Source of the DNA: an uncultured bacterium
GTDB lineage: Bacteria; Margulisbacteria; WOR-1; CAVSGV01
Direction: 5' to 3'
Assembly: GCA_963699255.1 (NCBI GenBank)
Contig: OY969425.1
Location: forward strand, 660,001 to 692,000
Length of the DNA stretch: 32,000 bases
Shown here piece by piece: positions 28,353-32,000 of the stretch; the first letter of the stretch is position 1, and every line of letters begins with the position of its first letter. Position numbers and translations under genes: made by a program. The notes under the pieces were generated by a model. It was not told the DNA's origin and did no database searches. It saw nothing but the letters and a program-made list of their open reading frames with translations.

Positions 28353-29390
28353 ATGGGCATGGAAATAAGAAGAGTTCAGCGTTTTTTCAATAAGATAACC
28401 GCTGGCATGAATGCCGGAGTCCATAACGCTCGAGCCGACGCTTATTATAAACAAGGAAAATTGGATAATGCGATATTTGAGCGCAAAAAAGCCATAGAGT
28501 TCAAACCGAATCGTGTAGAGTTTCACGCCAACTTAGCTTCTCTTTATGAAGAATGTGGAAAATCATATGAAGCAATAGTTGAATACAATAAAACCTTGGG
28601 GGTTGACCCGAATTTTCCGAACGCTAACTACCAGTTAGGCCGTCTTTGTTGCCAGAAAGGAAGATTAACTGAGGCGATCCCGGCTCTCGAAAAAGACATT
28701 AAGAGCAATCCGGATCACGCGGAAGCTTACGCCTGTTTAGGTATCGTTTATGAACAACAGGGGCCATTATACATGGCAATATTTAATTACGAAAAAACCC
28801 TGGAGATCGACCCGAATTTTCCGAACATTAACTACCAGTTAGGCCGTCTTTGTTGCCATGAGGGAAGATTAACTGAGGCAATCCCGGCTCTCGAAAAAGA
28901 CATAGAGAGCAATCCGGATCACGCGGAAGCTTACACCTGTTTAGGTCTCGTTTATGGACAATTGGGGGAATTTGACGATGCAATATCAAAGCTCAAAAAA
29001 GCGATAGAGCTTAAGCCGGATCTTGCAAGACCCCACTTTAATTTAGGTTGTATATATTATCAAAAGGGGGAATTGTATAAGGCCGAGCTTGAATTTACAA
29101 TAGCCATCCAAATTGACCCTGATTATTATGAGCCTCCTCTCCAAGTCTCAGGTGCCGGACATTTTGATTATGCATACCGTATAAATAATTACCACACGCA
29201 TCTAACGGAAGATATCATTGCTTCTAAATTTGGAACGGAAAACGCCATGACGATCGAGCCGAGTCATGTAAATAAACATCGCAATCCGCGAAATGTTTCT
29301 GCCGAAGTGTCACTTATTTTAAAAAGAAGAGCGGGTTTAACGGCAAACGGCTCACAGATCGTTCATCGATCCAGTGCGGTAACCGCCTAG
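28353..29390 (+). CDS. Tetratricopeptide repeat protein
   Basis: Multiple 34-aa TPR units are present (A..YY.QG....AI....KAIE..P). The non-TPR C-terminal roughly 90 aa overlap the convergent larE 3' end by 39 nt. Confidence 0.85.
   Translation: MGMEIRRVQRFFNKITAGMNAGVHNARADAYYKQGKLDNAIFERKKAIEFKPNRVEFHANLASLYEECGKSYEAIVEYNKTLGVDPNFPNANYQLGRLCCQKGRLTEAIPALEKDIKSNPDHAEAYACLGIVYEQQGPLYMAIFNYEKTLEIDPNFPNINYQLGRLCCHEGRLTEAIPALEKDIESNPDHAEAYTCLGLVYGQLGEFDDAISKLKKAIELKPDLARPHFNLGCIYYQKGELYKAELEFTIAIQIDPDYYEPPLQVSGAGHFDYAYRINNYHTHLTEDIIASKFGTENAMTIEPSHVNKHRNPRNVSAEVSLILKRRAGLTANGSQIVHRSSAVTA
28590..28961 (+). repeat. Near-identical 204-bp in-frame tandem duplication (two TPR units) inside the TPR gene
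   Basis: GACCCGAATTTTCCGAAC...AATCCGGATCACGCGGAAGCTTAC occurs at 28605 and again at 28809, an offset of 204. The peptides are DPNFPNANYQLGRLCCQKGRLTEAIPALEKDIKSNPDHAEAY and DPNFPNINYQLGRLCCHEGRLTEAIPALEKDIESNPDHAEAY. Confidence 0.9.
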
Positions 29391-30161
29391 GTCGATGGTC
29401 ACGAATTTGTAGCCCAGATCCCTGAACTTCCTGTCTATCCTGTCCGCTATCCCGTCCTCGACAAGCGACGGCAGATCGCTCTTGTCCACTTCTATCCTGG
29501 CAAGATTCCCGTGATGGCGGACCCTTACCTGCGTCAAACCCAGGCTTCTCAGGAATTTCTCGCCTCTATCGATCCTTTTCAATATCTCCTTCGTTATCCT
29601 TGTTCCGCAAGGTATCCTAGACGCCAGGCATGCAAGCTGGGGTTTGTTCCAGGTGGGGAGTTTGAGTTCCTTTGAAAGTTTCCTGATGTCCTCTTTGGTG
29701 AAACCGGCTTCCCTCAACGGGCTTCTTATTCCATGTTTTTTTGACGCGTTCTCTCCCGGCCTGAAATCGGACAGATCGCTCACGTTAGAGCCGTCAGCGA
29801 TGTATTTTATGCCTTCTTTCTTGGCGACCGCGCGGAGTTGCGAAAAAAGCTCATCCTTGCAGTAGTAGCAGCGCTCGGGCGGGTTTGAAAGGAACCTTTC
29901 ATCATTGAATTCTTTTGTGCGGATAAGCTTATGTCTAATCCCGAGATTCCTGGCGAATTTTACGGCTGCCCTGCCCTCGACTTGCGGATACGTTTCAGAC
30001 CCGGCGATGACGGCCAGCACCCTGCCGCCCAGAACATCATGAGCCACCTTCAGGAGGAGGCTTGAGTCAACGCCGCCGGAAAATGCAACAAGGAGACTCC
30101 CGTATTTCCCGAGAATCTCCTTGAGCTTATCGTATTTCGATCGAATTACCGAGAAGGACAC
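29352..30161 (-). CDS. larE: PP-loop ATP pyrophosphatase of the LarE (sacrificial sulfur transferase) family
   Basis: The PP-loop is AFSGGVDSS, RCYYCK is present, and the cysteine motif is LACLASRIPCG. The GTG start overlaps the upstream stop (TAGTG). Confidence 0.85.
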   Translation of the reverse strand: MSFSVIRSKYDKLKEILGKYGSLLVAFSGGVDSSLLLKVAHDVLGGRVLAVIAGSETYPQVEGRAAVKFARNLGIRHKLIRTKEFNDERFLSNPPERCYYCKDELFSQLRAVAKKEGIKYIADGSNVSDLSDFRPGENASKKHGIRSPLREAGFTKEDIRKLSKELKLPTWNKPQLACLASRIPCGTRITKEILKRIDRGEKFLRSLGLTQVRVRHHGNLARIEVDKSDLPSLVEDGIADRIDRKFRDLGYKFVTIDLGGYRTGSMNDL

Positions 30162-30682
30162 TATTTGCCCTTTTTCTTCGCTTTTACTGTCTGAGCAGGA
30201 GCTTTTATTACCGCTGCGTTGCGTTGATTTTGCATCTGCTGCATTCGGTTCATCGCCCTTGTCTTACGGTCAGCGTTGATCTGCTGCATCTTCGTTTTCT
30301 GATCCGCCGTTAATACGTTACTCGCATCCTTTGCCGCAGAAAGCCTGTTCAGTATTATCTGAGGCCTGACATTTTCAAGGTCGCGGACCTTTGATGCGAC
30401 CTGATCATAATCAGGATTATCCGCCCTCACAAGATCCCTTATTGACTTTGTCAGGTCGTCCCTTTGCTTAATAAGATCGGCATTTTGCTTTTTCAGATTG
30501 TCCCTGATGCTGTTCAATTTTACGACCTGATCGTTCGTCAGGCCGAGCTGGTCCTTTACCGAGACATATCTGGCAGTGTTATCGGTAGCTATAGCCACCG
30601 AATCGTCAACCATGTCCTGAGCGAACGAGGCAAACCCCAATAGCAACAACATGCAAACAGATAAAACCATGTATCTTTTCAT
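30161..30682 (-). CDS. Periplasmic Spy/CpxP-family (LTXXQ motif, metal-resistance type) protein
   Basis: The signal peptide is MKRYMVLSVCMLLLLGFASFA. Two LTXXQ motifs are present (LTNDQ and LTADQ), in a helical, Gln/Lys-rich protein. Confidence 0.8.
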   Translation of the reverse strand: MKRYMVLSVCMLLLLGFASFAQDMVDDSVAIATDNTARYVSVKDQLGLTNDQVVKLNSIRDNLKKQNADLIKQRDDLTKSIRDLVRADNPDYDQVASKVRDLENVRPQIILNRLSAAKDASNVLTADQKTKMQQINADRKTRAMNRMQQMQNQRNAAVIKAPAQTVKAKKKGK

Positions 30683-30840
30683 TTTTTCACCTCCTCGTTC
30701 TTTATATATTTTTCGGGATTCCTGTCAAATTCCTTCTTGCATGTGGCCGAGCAGAAAAAATAATTCCTGCCCTTGTAAAAGGTCTTCTGCGTCACTTTTT
30801 TCTCGTCCACATCCATTCCGCAAACGGGATCTTTGGCCAT
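30679..30840 (-). CDS. YHS (TRASH-type) metal-binding domain protein, 53 aa
   Basis: Not in the ORF track because it is under 60 aa. My translation is MAKDPVCGMDVDEKKVTQKTFYKGRNYFFCSATCKKEFDRNPEKYIKNEEVKK. DPVCGM...FCS..C is the YHS signature. Its stop overlaps the next start (ATGA). Confidence 0.85.
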   Translation of the reverse strand: MAKDPVCGMDVDEKKVTQKTFYKGRNYFFCSATCKKEFDRNPEKYIKNEEVKK

Positions 30841-30852
30841 AAATAAAACCTC

Positions 30853-31176
30853 TTATTTGCTTTTTTTTATCATGCCCTTATGCATCATTCCCTTCTCTTT
30901 CATCATATCCTGCATCATTGAAGGGTTCTTTTCCATTTTCTCCATCATCATTTCGCATTTCGCGCATTTCTCTCCCATCATGCCCCTGCCCATCATTCCA
31001 TAATGTCCTCTTCCCGTTGCCCCTAATACAAGGACCATTACGGCAATAAGCGCGACAAGAACGGCTATTATCTGGCCCGCGAGCTTCATGTTCCCGGATT
31101 CTTTATTTGCGAGGGCAAGCACTATGTATGCAAAAGCGAGGATGAATATCACTAATGTGATCATTCCATATATCAT
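30853..31176 (-). CDS. Small two-TM membrane protein with a Met-rich, CxxC-containing tail (putative Cu(I) binding)
   Basis: Two hydrophobic helices are followed by GHYGMMGRGMMGEKCAKCEMMMEKMEKNPSMMQDMMKEKGMMHKGM (15 Met in the last 53 aa by my count). The RBS GGGGAGGTG sits inside the copA end, and the gene starts 2 nt after the copA stop. Confidence 0.75.
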   Translation of the reverse strand: MIYGMITLVIFILAFAYIVLALANKESGNMKLAGQIIAVLVALIAVMVLVLGATGRGHYGMMGRGMMGEKCAKCEMMMEKMEKNPSMMQDMMKEKGMMHKGMIKKSK

Positions 31177-31178
31177 TC

Positions 31179-32000
31179 TTATTCACCTCCCCTTACAGAA
31201 AACTTATACCTTCTCATTAAAAGCGCATTGGCAACGACCGAAACAGAGCTGAATGCCATTGCGGTGCCAGCAATTATAGGATTAAGCAGGAATCCTGTAA
31301 AGGGGTAAAGTAATCCGGCCGCGACGGGGATGCCTACGATGTTATAAATGAACGCCCAGAACAATCCCTGCTTTATCTTTCTCATGGTGTAACCGGAGAG
31401 GTCTATGGCCATCGCCACGTCCCTTAGATCCCCTTTTATCAGGACTATATCGGCCGATTCTATCGCCACGTCGGTCCCGGAACCTATTGCTATACCCACA
31501 TCGGACTGCGCGAGCGCGGGAGCGTCATTTATCCCGTCGCCCACCATTGCGACGATGTTCCCTTCGCTCTGAAGTTTTTTTATCCGGTCTGATTTATCGG
31601 CGGGAAGGACATCGGAGATGATCCCGTCCGCGCCGACCAGCCTGCCGATCGCCTGCGCCGTCCTGGAATTATCGCCCGTGATCATCATCACCTTCTTGCC
31701 TGTCCTGTGAAGCATTTCAACTGCCGGTATCGAGCTTTCCTTCAAGGTATCGGCGACCGCGATAAGTCCGGCGGCTTTCCCGTTCACGGAGACGATCATC
31801 GTCGTCTTGCCCTGGTCTTCGAGTTCCTCCAGCTTTAAAGAAATAGAGGAGATATCGATATTCCTCTCCGACATCAGCTTCCTGTTGCCGAGAAGCACCC
31901 GTTCACCCCGTAAACTGATCTCAACGCCCTTCCCGGAGATCGAATTGAACGATTCAGGGTCGGGAACATCTATATTGAGAGATCTTGCCCTGCTCATGAT
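31179..32000 (-). CDS. copA: Heavy-metal (copper-type) P1B-type ATPase, C-terminal part; the 5' end is off the right window edge
   Basis: Contains MITGDN, VAMVGDGINDAPALAQ and the last two TM helices. The frame is open to base 32000. Confidence 0.92.
   Translation of the reverse strand: MMSRARSLNIDVPDPESFNSISGKGVEISLRGERVLLGNRKLMSERNIDISSISLKLEELEDQGKTTMIVSVNGKAAGLIAVADTLKESSIPAVEMLHRTGKKVMMITGDNSRTAQAIGRLVGADGIISDVLPADKSDRIKKLQSEGNIVAMVGDGINDAPALAQSDVGIAIGSGTDVAIESADIVLIKGDLRDVAMAIDLSGYTMRKIKQGLFWAFIYNIVGIPVAAGLLYPFTGFLLNPIIAGTAMAFSSVSVVANALLMRRYKFSVRGGE

Noticed and set aside
30651-30842. 63-aa plus-strand ORF
   Set aside because: It is antisense to the YHS-domain gene, which has a clear signature and operon coupling.

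Overview
This is a 32 kb bacterial chromosomal segment of about 50% GC. The lineage cannot be assigned from sequence alone. I support about 30 protein genes and found no rRNA, tRNA or CRISPR array.

The flanks are housekeeping genes.
- Left flank, mostly minus strand: prfB (partial, missing from the ORF track), an S8 protease, secA, hpf and comF. On the plus strand follow an AlbA_2/HTH protein and the glycolytic run tpiA-fba-pfp.
- Right flank: one long minus-strand operon, nusA-infB-rbfA-nrnA-truB-ligA. Next come a TPR protein and a tightly coupled copper cluster: copA (partial), a Met-rich membrane protein, a YHS protein (not in the ORF track), a Spy/CpxP-like protein and larE.

The accessory part is roughly 12.3-20.8 kb. 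It holds small secreted proteins, an orphan CheD-like protein, a cyclophilin, a YVTN beta-propeller lipoprotein, a truncated ORF6N gene, a four-helix-bundle (23S-IVS protein/Avd family) gene, a low-GC orphan gene, an SH3b protein and two tandem prepilin-like genes.

The most unusual signal is structural. A family of long imperfect hairpins has arms built from short degenerate GGCGAT-type units, and it occurs three times within 3.2 kb.
- Two copies are empty.
- One copy carries the four-helix-bundle gene in its loop, the architecture of an rRNA intervening sequence but outside any rRNA. It abuts the truncated ORF6N gene.
- Other intergenic gaps hold unrelated hairpins with the same periodic, strand-asymmetric style, plus a short GGAACC...GGTTCC REP-like family.

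Other notable points:
- a CheD-like protein keeping the T-x5-C-x16-H spacing, with no che genes nearby
- a pilin tandem duplication that copied a relic of the ligA 3' end
- a pfp gene with deviant codon usage
- a recent 204-bp in-frame duplication in the TPR gene

All calls rest on hand translation and on motif and family recollection. No searches were run.
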